DNA of 61,927 bases, the filler included. It is 8 parts of 8 records of this genome, joined end to end, with 100 filler letters (N's around TTAATTAATTAA, not from the genome) between each part and the next. Parts side by side here need not be neighbours in the genome. Positions count along the whole stretch, not along the records: positions 43,716 to 49,491 come from SRR31147125_1446; positions 49,592 to 56,454 come from SRR31147125_1447; 6 more parts are not named here. One strand, written 5' to 3'. The notes beneath the pieces were generated by a model. That model was given only the letters and a program-made list of their open reading frames with translations. It had not been told where the DNA came from and searched no databases. The translations under genes and the position numbers were made by a program. How positions within the stretch are numbered: position 1 is the first letter of the stretch; every line of letters starts with the position of its first letter. Positions 43,716 through 55,088 of this stretch are shown piece after piece.

Positions 43716-46600
43716 ATTCCTCTTTGCTGATAAATAACCCCATATTCACCACCAACTTCTGCAACAGCATTTAATCCGTTTGTACTCCATAATGTAAGTG
43801 ATTCTAGTTGTCCATCAAGCTTCTCAACCATGTTAGAACTTGTAGCAATTGTCATATCAACATCCCAGCTAAAATCACTAAATAACAACGGTCTTGTTTT
43901 CAATGTAAATTCCCAACCTTCAGTAGAAAATTCGGCAGCATTCATTCGAATTCTGGAAACCCCATAACCTGGAGGTGCTGTAACGGCCATAATTTGGTCA
44001 TACGTGAATGATTTGTAATATGCAAAATCAAAACCTAATCGTTGATTATCGAACAAATATGTTTCTGCCCCAATCTCAAATTCTCTTTTCCTTTCAGGTT
44101 TCAAATTTGGTTTTCCATTTTCATCCATAGGTGGAAGTTCACTTGGTGGAGAAAGGATGTAACCAGAACCTGATGCTGACACATCGTAATTTACATTACT
44201 AAAGTATAAGGATCCAGGACGACCTACATCAGCCCAAGATGCTCTCAATTTTGCAAACTGAACCCAATCAGGCATTTCAATAGTATTATTTGCAATCCAC
44301 GTTGCACTTAAACCCGGATAGAAATAACTGTTATTTCCAGGAGGCAGAATTGAAGACCAGTCCTGACGGGCCTGTGCCTCAATATAAATTTGATCGTTCC
44401 ATTCTATTTGAGCAGAACCGAGCACACTATAAAGAACATCTTCTCCATTTTCATAATTATAAATGGGTTGACTTCCTGAAGGTAAGTTAGAAAACGAAAA
44501 GTAGTTTGGAATTACCATACCACCAATTTGTCTTGCCCCCTTACTAGATAGATAATTGTGGCGTAAAGCACCACCAACAAAACCAGACAGGTTAAATTCA
44601 GATATATCTTTATCGAATGTTAATAAACCTTGGCCATAATATTTCCTAATATTTCTCTCGCTATCGATATATGAAGAACCACTATTCGGTCCAATTAATG
44701 AAGGATCACGCAACATACCTTTGTATTCGTTACTTTCACTTGTAACATCCATACCTCCAAGAATTGTTGCACCAAATGTTTCGTTAATATTAATATCTAA
44801 CGATAGGGATTGAATGTTATGTAATCTTCTGAAAATAGATTCGTTTTGTTCTTGATCCCAGAAGAAATTTACAATACTTGATCTACCAGATGAAATAAAA
44901 TTTGTTAAAGCTGGATTTGAAAAGTAGTTATAACCATCTTCAGTAACAAGATATTGTCTTAGAAGATCAACATCAATATCTGCACTATATGCACCAATTG
45001 AAGTTCTTGAACCTTGCGAGTCGAATGAACTAGCAAATGGAGCATTTAAGTTTTCAGAAATATAATAATTACCTGTATACTTAATAGAGATAAACTTATT
45101 AAGATCGTAATTAGCATTAACACTAAACGTATTTTTATCAAAAGATCCTGAAGGTGTTGTAGGTGTCAATTGTGTATTAGTATAAGAAAACCTTACACTA
45201 CCCGTTTCGTTTCCAGAGCTAAGTGCAATATTTGAAGTTGTTTGTCTTCCTTGCCTAAACAATTCGTCATAAATGTTATCTGTTTGTGCCACCCAGGCTC
45301 GTTCACTACCATCCCACCATTTGAGGGTTACATTTGGATCGAATTTAGGTCCAAAAGCTTGTCCTGCATAATCCAAAGCTCTTTCGTTATTTTCATCTAA
45401 GTAAAAACCTTGTGCATCCGTAAGTGTATTACTCGGGCTTCTACCTGTACCGTATTCTGTTTGTAGTTCTGGTAAAAACGCGACCCTATCCCATGATGAT
45501 GTCACAGAAGCAGAAATACCAAGTCCTTTGCTTTTTGAACCACTTTTTGTTGTAATTAAAATTACACCATTTGCTCCTTCACTACCATAAAGTACAGAAG
45601 CTTTTGCACCTTTTAAAATCTCAAAAGACTCGATGTCATCAGGGTTGATATCATTAATACCTGTACCGTTATCCCTGTCAAACGCATCGTAACCCAATGA
45701 AGTATTTTCATCATGGATTGGCACTCCGTCAACAACAATTAGTGGTCGTGTTGTAGAGTTTTCATCAAATGAAACGGCATTTCTAATATTAATTTTCATA
45801 CCTCCTGTGGGGCCTGTTGCAGTTGCAGCAACCTGAACACCTGCAGCACTACCATATAAAGATTGCAATGCATTGGTAGGCGTACCACTTGCCAGAATCC
45901 TTTCAGAATCTACTTTAGACACCGCATAACCCAATGCCTTCGATTCCTTTCTTATACCAAGTGCCGTAACTACAACCTCATCCAGAGCAGTAATATCTTC
46001 AATCATTACTACATCAATTGTAGACTGTCCGGCAACTTCAATCTCCTCTGTTAAAAAACCAATAAAAGAATATGTTAAAACAGCGTTTGGCGAACTAATA
46101 TTTATTGTATAGTTTCCTTCCAGATCGGATACTGCCCCGGTACCGGTGCCTTTTTCAACAATATTAACCCCGGGCAGAGGTTCTCCATTCGAGTCGGTAA
46201 CCTTCCCCTTAATGGTTGTCTGTTGATTTTCTTCTGCAACAGGTAAAATTACAACCAAGTCGTTATCAAATACTTTATAGGTTAATGGTGAATCACTTAA
46301 GATTTCATCCAATACTTGTTGAATGGAGGCATTTTTGCTAACCAAATCAATTTTATTGTTTAAGTAAAGCAGGTTATCCGTATAAAAGAAGCGGTAAGAG
46401 CTTTTCTCTTCCATCTGTTTTAACACTTCTTTTATCTCTAACCCGTTGGCAGTAACGCTAAACCTGTCGAATTGCGAGTACACGTTTGCGTGGGCATTTA
46501 ACAGGCTAATACCGATTAGGAGTAAGGCAATTCTCATAGTGATTAAAATTTTAGTTATTCCTCTATTCTTCCCATAGAGAAATTGTAAACATTTTTTCAT
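43716..46600 (-). CDS. susC: SusC/RagA TonB-dependent transducer (STN + CarboxypepD_reg + plug + barrel), 3'-partial
   Basis: N-terminal STN extension, GEPLPGVNIVEKGT, LDEVVVTALGI, PLIVVDGVP, DINPDDIESFEILKG, NGVILITTK. Confidence 0.95.
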
Positions 46601-46701
46601 AATTTTGCGATTAATAGTGTTTCTAATGGCCGGGCTATTTGCGGTAGCCCGGCGGTAATTCTCACGAAGGAGCAGGAATGGTTAATTTCCTGCTTTTTTT
46701 T
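46600..46701 (+). ncRNA. Candidate cis-antisense sRNA in the susC leader, with promoter and terminator
   Basis: Plus-strand TAATTTTG (-7 element) at 46600-46607; hairpin GCCGGGCTAT..GTAGCCCGGC; terminator AGCAGGAA..TTCCTGC-T8, oriented antisense to fecR-susC. Confidence 0.5.
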
Positions 46702-46769
46702 GTTTCATTTTTAAATTAAGGCCCCATATATTTAAAGTTTTCTTGTTTATTAGTATTTTATGAATAGTA

Positions 46770-47927
46770 TCAATTCCTGTATAATGTCTTATAATCAACT
46801 TTTGTTGTATCAAGAAATAACTGTACTTCCCGCCCATCAATATTATGATTAAGCGATGCTGTTAAGTTTATATATAATAGAACCTGCTCAAGCGGCTCAT
46901 TAACAATTTTTCCTGTAAAACGAAGGTTTTTCAAAGACTCTTCGGCAAAGGTTATTTCTATATCATAACGTCTTTCGAGTTTTTTGCTCAACGAAAACAA
47001 ACTTTCGTTTTCAATAATCCAAGAGTCTTCTTTCCACGATGTATAAATATCTGTATCTATTTTAGATTGAACTTTTAACGGGCTTTTTATTGGTGCTTTG
47101 GGGATTGTAATTTCTTCTTCTATCTTTTCACTCTCCGTTTTTTCTAAATTTTGCACCTCATCAAGCTTTGTATTAACAGATACATTCCCCAGCTCTTTTT
47201 GAATGATTGCATGCTCCTTGGGTTTTAATATCACTTCCTGGTTATTGCTGCTCTTTGCGGTAACAGAAATAATGCCTTCAACAAGTGTTGCTGTTACTAT
47301 TGGCTCGTCATTATAGGCATTAACATTAAATTCAGTACCATACGCCTTAATAGTTGCATCGTTAGTATTTACAACAAATGGTTTTTCTTTATTTGTCTTT
47401 ACTTTAAAAAATGCCTCGCCTTCTAAATAAACTGTTCGCTCGCTTTTACTGAAAACAGATGGATATGAAAATTTACTTCCCGAATTTAGTTGAACCACAG
47501 AACCATCGGATAATGTTAACTCTACCTTACTCCCATATGGGACAACTGTTTCGTTTAGCAAAGAAGCTGAATTCCTTTTAATTGAATTGCCTGTATAAAT
47601 TGCAGCGGTAGTTCCTAAACCTATTGCTATTATAAATACAGCAGCAATTTTCAATAATAACCTATAATTAAAATTTTTCTTATTGGTAATCTTATTTTTT
47701 GTGCTATCCCATGAAATACTCTTATCAGGATAATTTTGGAAGGCAGAAAAATTCCTGGCCAGTTTTAATTCGAAGAAGTATTTTTTGTTTTCTTCATTGG
47801 TATTAATCCATTCCATCACTTTGGTTTTTTCCGCTTCGTCGCACTCCCCTTCAAGATAAGCGGTTAATAAACCAAAGATATTTTCGTCTATACTATTCAT
47901 TAAATTAAGTAATTTGTAACAATACAA
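46770..47927 (-). CDS. FecR-family anti-sigma factor
   Basis: TM helix; LTLSDGSVVQLNSGS, RTVYLEGEAFFKV, YGTEFNVNAY, TSWKE, LERRYDI. Real start probably the ATG near 47900. Confidence 0.93.
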   Translation of the reverse strand: MYCYKLLNLMNSIDENIFGLLTAYLEGECDEAEKTKVMEWINTNEENKKYFFELKLARNFSAFQNYPDKSISWDSTKNKITNKKNFNYRLLLKIAAVFIIAIGLGTTAAIYTGNSIKRNSASLLNETVVPYGSKVELTLSDGSVVQLNSGSKFSYPSVFSKSERTVYLEGEAFFKVKTNKEKPFVVNTNDATIKAYGTEFNVNAYNDEPIVTATLVEGIISVTAKSSNNQEVILKPKEHAIIQKELGNVSVNTKLDEVQNLEKTESEKIEEEITIPKAPIKSPLKVQSKIDTDIYTSWKEDSWIIENESLFSLSKKLERRYDIEITFAEESLKNLRFTGKIVNEPLEQVLLYINLTASLNHNIDGREVQLFLDTTKVDYKTLYRN

Positions 47928-47966
47928 CTAAGGTTAGATTTTGTACTAAAGAAAATTTAACTTTTT

Positions 47967-48518
47967 TTAAATATTTTCTTTTAGTTTTTTTAATGCTATT
48001 GACATCTGGTTTTTAACAGTGCTCAACGAGATGTTCAATTTGCTGGAAATTTCGCGGTATTTTAAACCATCAAAACGGTTTAGCTTAAATATTTTTTTAC
48101 ATTGCTCTGGAAGTTGCTCGATGGCTGTTCCAATTTTAACCTCCAGGTTATCAACAGAGTTTCTTTCTTTAAAATATTCAATATAATCTTTTTGCAATTG
48201 TTCTTCTTCTCGCAAGATTTTTGAATTTTCTATCTTATATTTCTCTTTAACTTTATTGTGTTTTATTTTATTAAGAGCCCTGTTGTGCAATATTTTCAGC
48301 ATGTACGACTTAAGGGACATGTCTGTATTTATATATTGCTTATTCTCCCATAACCAAATAAAAAGCTCCTGGACCAAATCTTCTGCTTCCTGGGAATCGC
48401 CGGTATATCCTATTGCATAACGAAAAAGCACATCGTAATTTGAGCGAAATACAATTTCAAACGAAGCTATATCAGCTTGTTTAACTTTTTCAATTAATAC
48501 TCTTTCGATGTCTTGCAT
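47967..48518 (-). CDS. ECF RNA polymerase sigma-70 factor (Bacteroidota type)
   Basis: AEDLVQELFIWLW, LPEQCKKIFKLNRFDGLKYREIS..ISLSTVKNQM; -7 elements TATATTTG at 48538-48545 and 48688-48695 (minus strand). Confidence 0.95.
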   Translation of the reverse strand: MQDIERVLIEKVKQADIASFEIVFRSNYDVLFRYAIGYTGDSQEAEDLVQELFIWLWENKQYINTDMSLKSYMLKILHNRALNKIKHNKVKEKYKIENSKILREEEQLQKDYIEYFKERNSVDNLEVKIGTAIEQLPEQCKKIFKLNRFDGLKYREISSKLNISLSTVKNQMSIALKKLKENI

Positions 48519-48756
48519 TGTAGTAGTCAGAAGTTCTCAAATATATGAAAATATGAAAACAATTACTTTGACTTTTGTTAAGCGATTTTTAAATTATTTT
48601 AATCAAACATGCTAACAAATTGCAGTTTCTTTCGCTTAGAAGTCTTAAGAAATTCAAATTTCACACATTGAATTATCATAAATGATGCAAATATAATTTC
48701 ATTTTAAAACACAAATCTAACAAATGAATTACAAACTGTAAAGAACCAACTGATAG

Positions 48757-48787
48757 AAAAAAGGCATCGCACATAATATGCGATGCC
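48757..48787 (-). terminator. Rho-independent terminator downstream of the GHL10 gene
   Basis: Minus strand GGCATCGCA-TATTATG-TGCGATGCC-TTTTTT. Confidence 0.8.
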
Positions 48788-48840
48788 CATCTAACACTAA
48801 ACTAACTAAATATGATACTAACTATGAAACTTTAAATATC

Positions 48841-49491
48841 TTATTCTTTTGTCTGGTAATTGCGCATCACATCGTAATGGATATCTTTGCTGCCACCCAG
48901 ATCAAATAAAGCCACTCCTTTCGCTCCTCCATCAAATGAATTTTTTATTGCCGATGAAAAATCTTCGTCTGCAATTTCTGGCAGATACAACCCAGTGATC
49001 AATGGAGCTTTTCCACCTAAATCATGAACGCCTTGTTCTGTTGCGAATTTTATCCAGGGTATATCTTCATCGTAAAAATTTTGATAGATCATTGGGAAAA
49101 ACGCATCCAAATTCCAGTCGTCCCAGCTTTGGCGGCAAATGGTTCGTGCCAAATCAGGATATGGAAAAACCGCAGCGGTTATCAACTTATTTTTTCCATG
49201 AGCAACTTCTACAAGTCGGTTTACCAAATCTGTTACACTATCGTAACGATATTGCCTCCACTCTTTGCTCGCTGTCGGATCCTCCAATTCATATACATCA
49301 ATCCCGCTTTTTGAGAGGAATTTGTCTTTACACGTTTGGCAATAACAAAAAAATCAAATTCCGGATATTCTTTATCTTGCACCAATCCGTATTGAGGCTG
49401 AAGGGCCTTGGCTAGAATCACATCAGAATAGCGGACATAATCGAGGTGGATTCCTTTTAACCCCTCAACAGTACTTAACCTCTCAACCTGA
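48841..49491 (-). CDS. Glycosyl-hydrolase-like 10 (GHL10/DUF187) protein, 5'-partial, homopolymer frameshift near 49350
   Basis: GIHLDYVRYSDVIL, (F)DFCYC..C, WRQYR, TAAVFP, RQSWDDW, FFPMIY. Confidence 0.8.
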
Positions 49492-49591
49492 NNNNNNNNN
49501 NNNNNNNNNNNNNNNNNNNNNNNNNNNNNNNNNNNTTAATTAATTAANNNNNNNNNNNNNNNNNNNNNNNNNNNNNNNNNNNNNNNNNNNN
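49492..49591. other. Artificial contig spacer
   Basis: N44-TTAATTAATTAA-N44. Confidence 0.99.
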
Positions 49592-50526
49592 GGCATAAAA
49601 ACAACAGATAAATATGCTAATTTTTACTCGTATGCTGAATCAGATTTCTTCTTTGTCGAAGATTGGCAGATGGATGATAATATATTTTTTACATTAGAAT
49701 ACGATGGTCCGAATAATTTATATACAAACTTAGAAAAAACGGATAATCACTATGAAGGGCATAGCAGTAACGGAGTCTATTTGTACTCAAAGATGTTAAG
49801 TTTGAATTATAGAGATATTGATATTTATTACCCTCCAATTAGATATAATGATAGATACTTAGCTGTAGATGCACTTATTGATGCCTACTCAGTTATTGAA
49901 GACTTTTGTACTAGAATGGATGTAAAAATAAAACCTGTATTTCCCGATGAGATAATATTAATAGAAATGGAAACTCCTACATTTAATCAAGAAGTATATA
50001 GTTGTAAATTATACTCAAAGGGGGAATTTGGGAAATAAGATACGGTAGTGGTGGCGGTGCGCTTTCATTAGTATCGAATAGAGAACGGTTTGGAACTTCA
50101 CCACAGGAAATTGCTGAATATAAGAACTCAGATTATATAAAAAGCAACTTGCCGATAGCTTATATATTTTCAGAATGTTCCGGATTTCCTACTGATACAT
50201 CACATTTGTCAGTATATCACCTATCTGCCTGGATGAGTATTTATTTAAAAACTTATAATAATGCTGATGCTGACCTGATTGAATATGAAGATAGATTAGT
50301 AAATTTCTATTCAGGTGATGACATAGATATAATAGAGGGTAAAACAATTGATAAACAACCGTTAAATGATAATGAAAAGAACTGTATAAGTGATATTTTA
50401 CAACGTATGCAGAATGGCGAAAATTTTGATGATACTTTTAAAAGATTGTACCATAAACTTATTGAAGATGAAGTTGTTTCTATATCTGAAATTGTAAATG
50501 CATTAAGTAATAATCAGGAGAATTAG
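49592..50526 (+). CDS. Hypothetical protein (ABC-operon associated), 5'-partial, probable frameshift near 50022
   Basis: Frame open from the contig edge into ORF 49670..50038; the alternative frame IWEIRYGSGGG.. runs into ORF 50149..50526. Confidence 0.55.
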
Positions 50527-50528
50527 AT

Positions 50529-51410
50529 ATGAATATTAATATAAAAAATTTAGAGAAAATTTACGGCAAAAGGAAAAATAAAGTTGTTGCTTTAGGTGGT
50601 GTTGATTTAGAAATTTCACCTGGTATTCATGGACTATTAGGATATAATGGTGCAGGAAAAACAACTTTGATAAAAATACTTACTACAACTTTATATTTTG
50701 ATAGTGGAGAGATTACTTGGGGAGAAAATTTAAATTTCAAAGATAGCAAAAAGATTAAGAAAAATATTGGTTACTTACCTCAGAAATTTGGAATGTATAA
50801 ATTTCTAACAGTTTATGAAACATTAAAAAATATTGCAATCCTAAAAAATATAGAAAGAAAAGAAGAAGAGTATCAAATAGAGCTTGCATTAAATAGATCT
50901 AATCTTTTGGAGTATAAAGATAGAAAGGTCGGCAATTTATCTGGTGGAATGCTGCGAAGATTGGGAATTGCTCAAGCGATATTGGGAGAGCCAAAATTAT
51001 TGTTATTAGATGAGCCTACAGTTGGACTCGATCCAAATGAGAGGATAAACTTTAGAAAGTTAATACGTGAATATAATAAAGAAGACAGAATAGTTATTAT
51101 ATCCAGCCATATAGTAAATGATATTGACAGTCTTTGCGATTATGTTTCAATTTTTAATAAAGGAAATATTGTTGTTTCTGATAAGGTTGATAAGGTTAGA
51201 AATATAGCAAATGACTATATTAGAGATGAAATTATCAATGAAGATTTATTTATTAAACTTGAGAAAAATAATAAGATAATATCATACTTACCTGTAGGTC
51301 AAAACTATAAAACTAGATATTTAGATAACAAAGCTAAAGCTAATAATAATATTAAGTCGAATATTGAAGACAGTTATACATATTTAATACAAAGGGAATA
51401 TAATGATTAG
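50529..51410 (+). CDS. ABC transporter ATP-binding protein
   Basis: GYNGAGKTT, LSGGMLRR, LLLDEPTVGLDP, SSH. Confidence 0.93.
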   Translation: MNINIKNLEKIYGKRKNKVVALGGVDLEISPGIHGLLGYNGAGKTTLIKILTTTLYFDSGEITWGENLNFKDSKKIKKNIGYLPQKFGMYKFLTVYETLKNIAILKNIERKEEEYQIELALNRSNLLEYKDRKVGNLSGGMLRRLGIAQAILGEPKLLLLDEPTVGLDPNERINFRKLIREYNKEDRIVIISSHIVNDIDSLCDYVSIFNKGNIVVSDKVDKVRNIANDYIRDEIINEDLFIKLEKNNKIISYLPVGQNYKTRYLDNKAKANNNIKSNIEDSYTYLIQREYND

Positions 51411-52062
51411 GAAAACATTTAGAGAAATAAAATATGACCTAAAAGAAATGGGATTAAATCTAGTCTCTGTAATAGCTATTTTGGCAAGTCTTGTCTTTTT
51501 ATCTGTTGTATTAAAAAACAAAATAATAAGCCAATATTATATGATAACTATTATTAATAACTTATATGAGTTTTTAATTCCTACACTAGGAGGGTATTGC
51601 TCTGTAATATTAATGCAGGGTCTGTATGATTCAGAAGGAGGAGATCTTCTCTTTACATACTCAAGGTCTTATTTTTACTGGGGAATAGTAAGACAACTAC
51701 GATTTTTCATTATCTATATTATTTTGATAGTTGCTGTATTTTTTTCAACTAGTATCTTTATCAGCGAAATGCAGTCTGAAGTTCTAGTATTATTAATCTT
51801 TCAAAGTTTTGCTGTAATGGGATTCTCTTTTTTAGGAACTACTCTAAGTAAAAAAGTCAGTGTCGGATTGATTTTTTTGATAATATTTGTAGGCGTTCAA
51901 ATAATGATTGGCAGAGAGTATGAAATTTTGAACTGGATTTATAAATTAGATGGCAACATAAGACCTTCCCGTTTTGATGTTGCAGCTTTGAATTTAAATT
52001 CAATTATAATTGGTAGTATTAGTTTTTTGCTAGGAAATATATGGATTAAGAAAAAAGAATAA
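51403..52062 (+). CDS. ABC-2 type permease (about 6 TM)
   Basis: Hydrophobic helices; overlaps the end of the ATPase gene. Confidence 0.7.
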   Translation: MIRKTFREIKYDLKEMGLNLVSVIAILASLVFLSVVLKNKIISQYYMITIINNLYEFLIPTLGGYCSVILMQGLYDSEGGDLLFTYSRSYFYWGIVRQLRFFIIYIILIVAVFFSTSIFISEMQSEVLVLLIFQSFAVMGFSFLGTTLSKKVSVGLIFLIIFVGVQIMIGREYEILNWIYKLDGNIRPSRFDVAALNLNSIIIGSISFLLGNIWIKKKE

Positions 52063-52587
52063 TACATTTGCAATGTCAGCTCCAGAAATTATCGTTATAC
52101 TTTTCAGGAAAATCATAAATAAAGATTGTGATTACTTCAATAGTATTCATTTAAATCTATAGTTCTTATATTTAGTACTTTACAATTTTGTGATTTAGCA
52201 TCGCTGACCGTATACATTGTGCCAGACTGTGATTTTTTATACAGATAGCAAATACAAATACTTGAACAGCTCACCAGATGTTCGTTTCTTTTATAATATA
52301 GCTTATAAAAATTCTATGAAGTATCTTCAAACTCGGTAGTGCCAATAATTTTTTACATATTTGAACTCGCTTGGCAATAAACTCACCCCAAAGCTGAATC
52401 CATATCAGTTACATTAAAGGAATACATTATGTTTAGAATCATGTATTAAAAGTTGTTGACCTTCTGAAATAAAGACGTTTTCAAGAAATAACTATATATT
52501 GAGTTGCTATTGATTTTGCTATATACTATGCATAAAGCTATTAAGTCAGAATGCTACATAATTGCTTATATAAAAATGAGGTTACAA

Positions 52588-53250
52588 ATGTCTTTTGAAA
52601 TATTAATAATAGACGATGATGAGCATATTGGTGACATGCTAGAAGAAGTCCTTGCAAAGGAAGGATATAAGACGCTACATGTATATTCGGGTACTGAAGC
52701 ATTATTTGTCCTTTCTCAAAATAAACCGGATTTAATCCTGCTTGACTTAATGCTGCCTGGATTATCTGGAGAAGAACTACTACCAAAGATACAAGATGTG
52801 CCCGTTATCGTGATAAGTGCAAAAGCTGGTATAGATGATAGAGTAAAACTGCTTTTAAATGGTGCATCAGACTATCTGACAAAACCCTTTAATACAAATG
52901 AGCTTTTAGCTCGTATTACTGTACGTTTGCGTGAGAAAGCTTTAGGTGATACCAATAATTTAATTTGTTATGAAGAATTAGAACTGAATATTGATACCCA
53001 TGAACTTTTAGCAAATGATGAGATTGTTCATCTTACAAAAACTGAGTTTGCAATTTTAAAAGTACTCCTTCGAAATCCTAAGCATGTCATACCCAAATCA
53101 AGAATTCTTGACCTTATCAACCTTGATACACCAGACTGTACAGAAAGTTCATTGAAAGTTCATATAAGCAATCTGCGAAGCAAAATCAAATCTAAAACAG
53201 AAAAAGAATATATTGAAGCAATCTGGGGTATAGGATTTAGGCTGGAATAA
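52588..53250 (+). CDS. OmpR-family response regulator
   Basis: RBS GAGGT; ILIIDDD, LLDLMLPG, DYLTKPF, LTKTEF, SLKVHISNLR, IWGIGFRL. Confidence 0.93.
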   Translation: MSFEILIIDDDEHIGDMLEEVLAKEGYKTLHVYSGTEALFVLSQNKPDLILLDLMLPGLSGEELLPKIQDVPVIVISAKAGIDDRVKLLLNGASDYLTKPFNTNELLARITVRLREKALGDTNNLICYEELELNIDTHELLANDEIVHLTKTEFAILKVLLRNPKHVIPKSRILDLINLDTPDCTESSLKVHISNLRSKIKSKTEKEYIEAIWGIGFRLE

Positions 53251-53252
53251 AA

Positions 53253-53310
53253 TCTTAACTATTTCTTAACCGTTTTCTTAACCACTTTCTTAACTATTTT
53301 TTGCTACCAT
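53253..53310 (+). promoter_or_regulatory. Four TCTTAAC direct repeats plus extended -10: probable response-regulator operator
   Basis: TCTTAAC at 53253, 53264, 53276 and 53288; TGCTACCAT at 53302-53310; RBS AAGGAGG before the ABC gene. Confidence 0.65.
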
Positions 53311-53341
53311 AAGTCTATCAAACAAAGGAGGTTCACACATA

Positions 53342-54253
53342 ATGAATGTACTATGTACAAATAATCTTTCAAAACATTATGGAGAAACAAGAGCATTGCA
53401 TAATTTAACTATGAACGTTAAAAAAGGTGCTATCTATGGGCTGGTTGGTAAAAATGGTTCAGGTAAGACGACACTTATACGCATAATATGCGGGCTGCAA
53501 AATCCAACGAATGGTAATTATTCACTCTATGGGAAATGTTACAAGGACAGAGATATTCTAAACATTCGTCGTAGGATGGGTGCAATTGTTGAAACGCCTT
53601 CCATCTTTCAAAGCATGACTGCAAAGGATAATCTAAAGGAGCAGTACAGAGTGCTGGGACGTCCTTCATTTGAGGGTATTGATGAATTGCTTAGTCTGGT
53701 TGGACTGGGTAACACTGGAAAGAAAAAGACAAAGAACTTTTCCCTTGGTATGAAACAACGTTTAGGCATAGCGATTGCACTTGCAGGCAATCCAGATTTT
53801 CTGGTATTAGATGAACCTGTTAATGGTTTAGATCCACAAGGGATAATAGACATAAGGGAATTGATGCTCAAACTAAACAGAGAACATCAGATAACTATCT
53901 TAATATCCAGTCACATTTTGGATGAGCTATCAAGGCTTGCTACTCATTATGGATTTATTGACAAAGGTATGATTGTAAAAGAAGTAAGTGCACAGGAAGT
54001 TGAAAAAGACAGCAAAAAATGCATGCGACTCAATGTTGATAATATTAAAGGATTGATTCGTGGACTTGATAGTAAAGGGATCTCATATGCAGTGGTATCA
54101 GACCATGAAGCGGATATATTCGACGTGGGGAGCATAACTGAGATTGCTATGGTGCTTATGGATGAAAAATGCGAAATTCAATCCATGACAGAGCGTAACG
54201 AGAGCCTTGAGAGCTATTATATCAATCTTGTGGGAGGTAATAACAATGAGTAA
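53342..54253 (+). CDS. BcrA-like (peptide antibiotic) ABC transporter ATPase
   Basis: GKNGSGKTT, FSLGMKQRLGIA, LDEPVNGLDPQGI, ISSHILDEL. Confidence 0.9.
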   Translation: MNVLCTNNLSKHYGETRALHNLTMNVKKGAIYGLVGKNGSGKTTLIRIICGLQNPTNGNYSLYGKCYKDRDILNIRRRMGAIVETPSIFQSMTAKDNLKEQYRVLGRPSFEGIDELLSLVGLGNTGKKKTKNFSLGMKQRLGIAIALAGNPDFLVLDEPVNGLDPQGIIDIRELMLKLNREHQITILISSHILDELSRLATHYGFIDKGMIVKEVSAQEVEKDSKKCMRLNVDNIKGLIRGLDSKGISYAVVSDHEADIFDVGSITEIAMVLMDEKCEIQSMTERNESLESYYINLVGGNNNE

Positions 54254-55088
54254 ACTTCTTAGTGCACACTTTTCAAGATTAAAGAGAAATACATTCTTTT
54301 GGCTTTGTAATATTGCTATGATAATCTTTTCTATTGTACTTACTTCAATAATAAAAAATTACAATATGTCATTTGATATTATAGCATTTGCTCCTTATCT
54401 TACAGTAGGAATATTACTCAGTGTTTTCTGCAGTATGTTTATTGGAACAGAATACAGCGACGGAACAATCAGAAACAAGTTAATCGTTGGACAAAGCAGA
54501 AAATCTATATATCTTTCAAACTTCATTATATCTTCTGTAGCAGGGATATGTATGGTAACAGTATACTTGTCAATCAGCTGTTTTGTTGGTATACCACTTC
54601 TTGGGTGGATAACTATAACACCGCTTAAAGCACTATTTATGACTATATGTGGTATGCTAATAACTATAACTTTTTCTGCAATTTACACACTTATTTCTAT
54701 GCTCATTCAGAATAAAGCGCTCATTGTAATTGTATGTATTTTATGCTTTATATTTACCTATTTGTTTTCAATATTGATTTACAATAGATTAGAAGAACCG
54801 GAAATGATACAATCTTATCAAACAATTACAACTCAAAGTGGTAAAAAAATTATAGTAGGTACAAGAAGTGGCGATGAAATAGAACTGGTATCAAATCCAC
54901 GTTATATTAGTGGTAAAAAAAGAAAAGTCTATCAATTTATAGCTGATTTTTTACCTACCAGTCAATCCGTTCAACTGATTATAGACAAAACACTTAATTT
55001 ATGGTGGATGATGTTATATTCGATTATTCTTATACTTGTCATTAATTCTATCGGTATATTTGTATTTAAGAGAAAGGACATAAAATAA
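54246..55088 (+). CDS. ABC transporter permease
   Basis: FIGTEYSDGTIRNKLIVG, multiple TM helices, FKRKDIK C-terminus. Confidence 0.88.
   Translation: MSKLLSAHFSRLKRNTFFWLCNIAMIIFSIVLTSIIKNYNMSFDIIAFAPYLTVGILLSVFCSMFIGTEYSDGTIRNKLIVGQSRKSIYLSNFIISSVAGICMVTVYLSISCFVGIPLLGWITITPLKALFMTICGMLITITFSAIYTLISMLIQNKALIVIVCILCFIFTYLFSILIYNRLEEPEMIQSYQTITTQSGKKIIVGTRSGDEIELVSNPRYISGKKRKVYQFIADFLPTSQSVQLIIDKTLNLWWMMLYSIILILVINSIGIFVFKRKDIK

Noticed and set aside
52063-52587. 525-bp spacer as an sRNA, IS remnant or attC-like site
   Set aside because: No convincing ORF, inverted repeat or repeated motif was found by eye.
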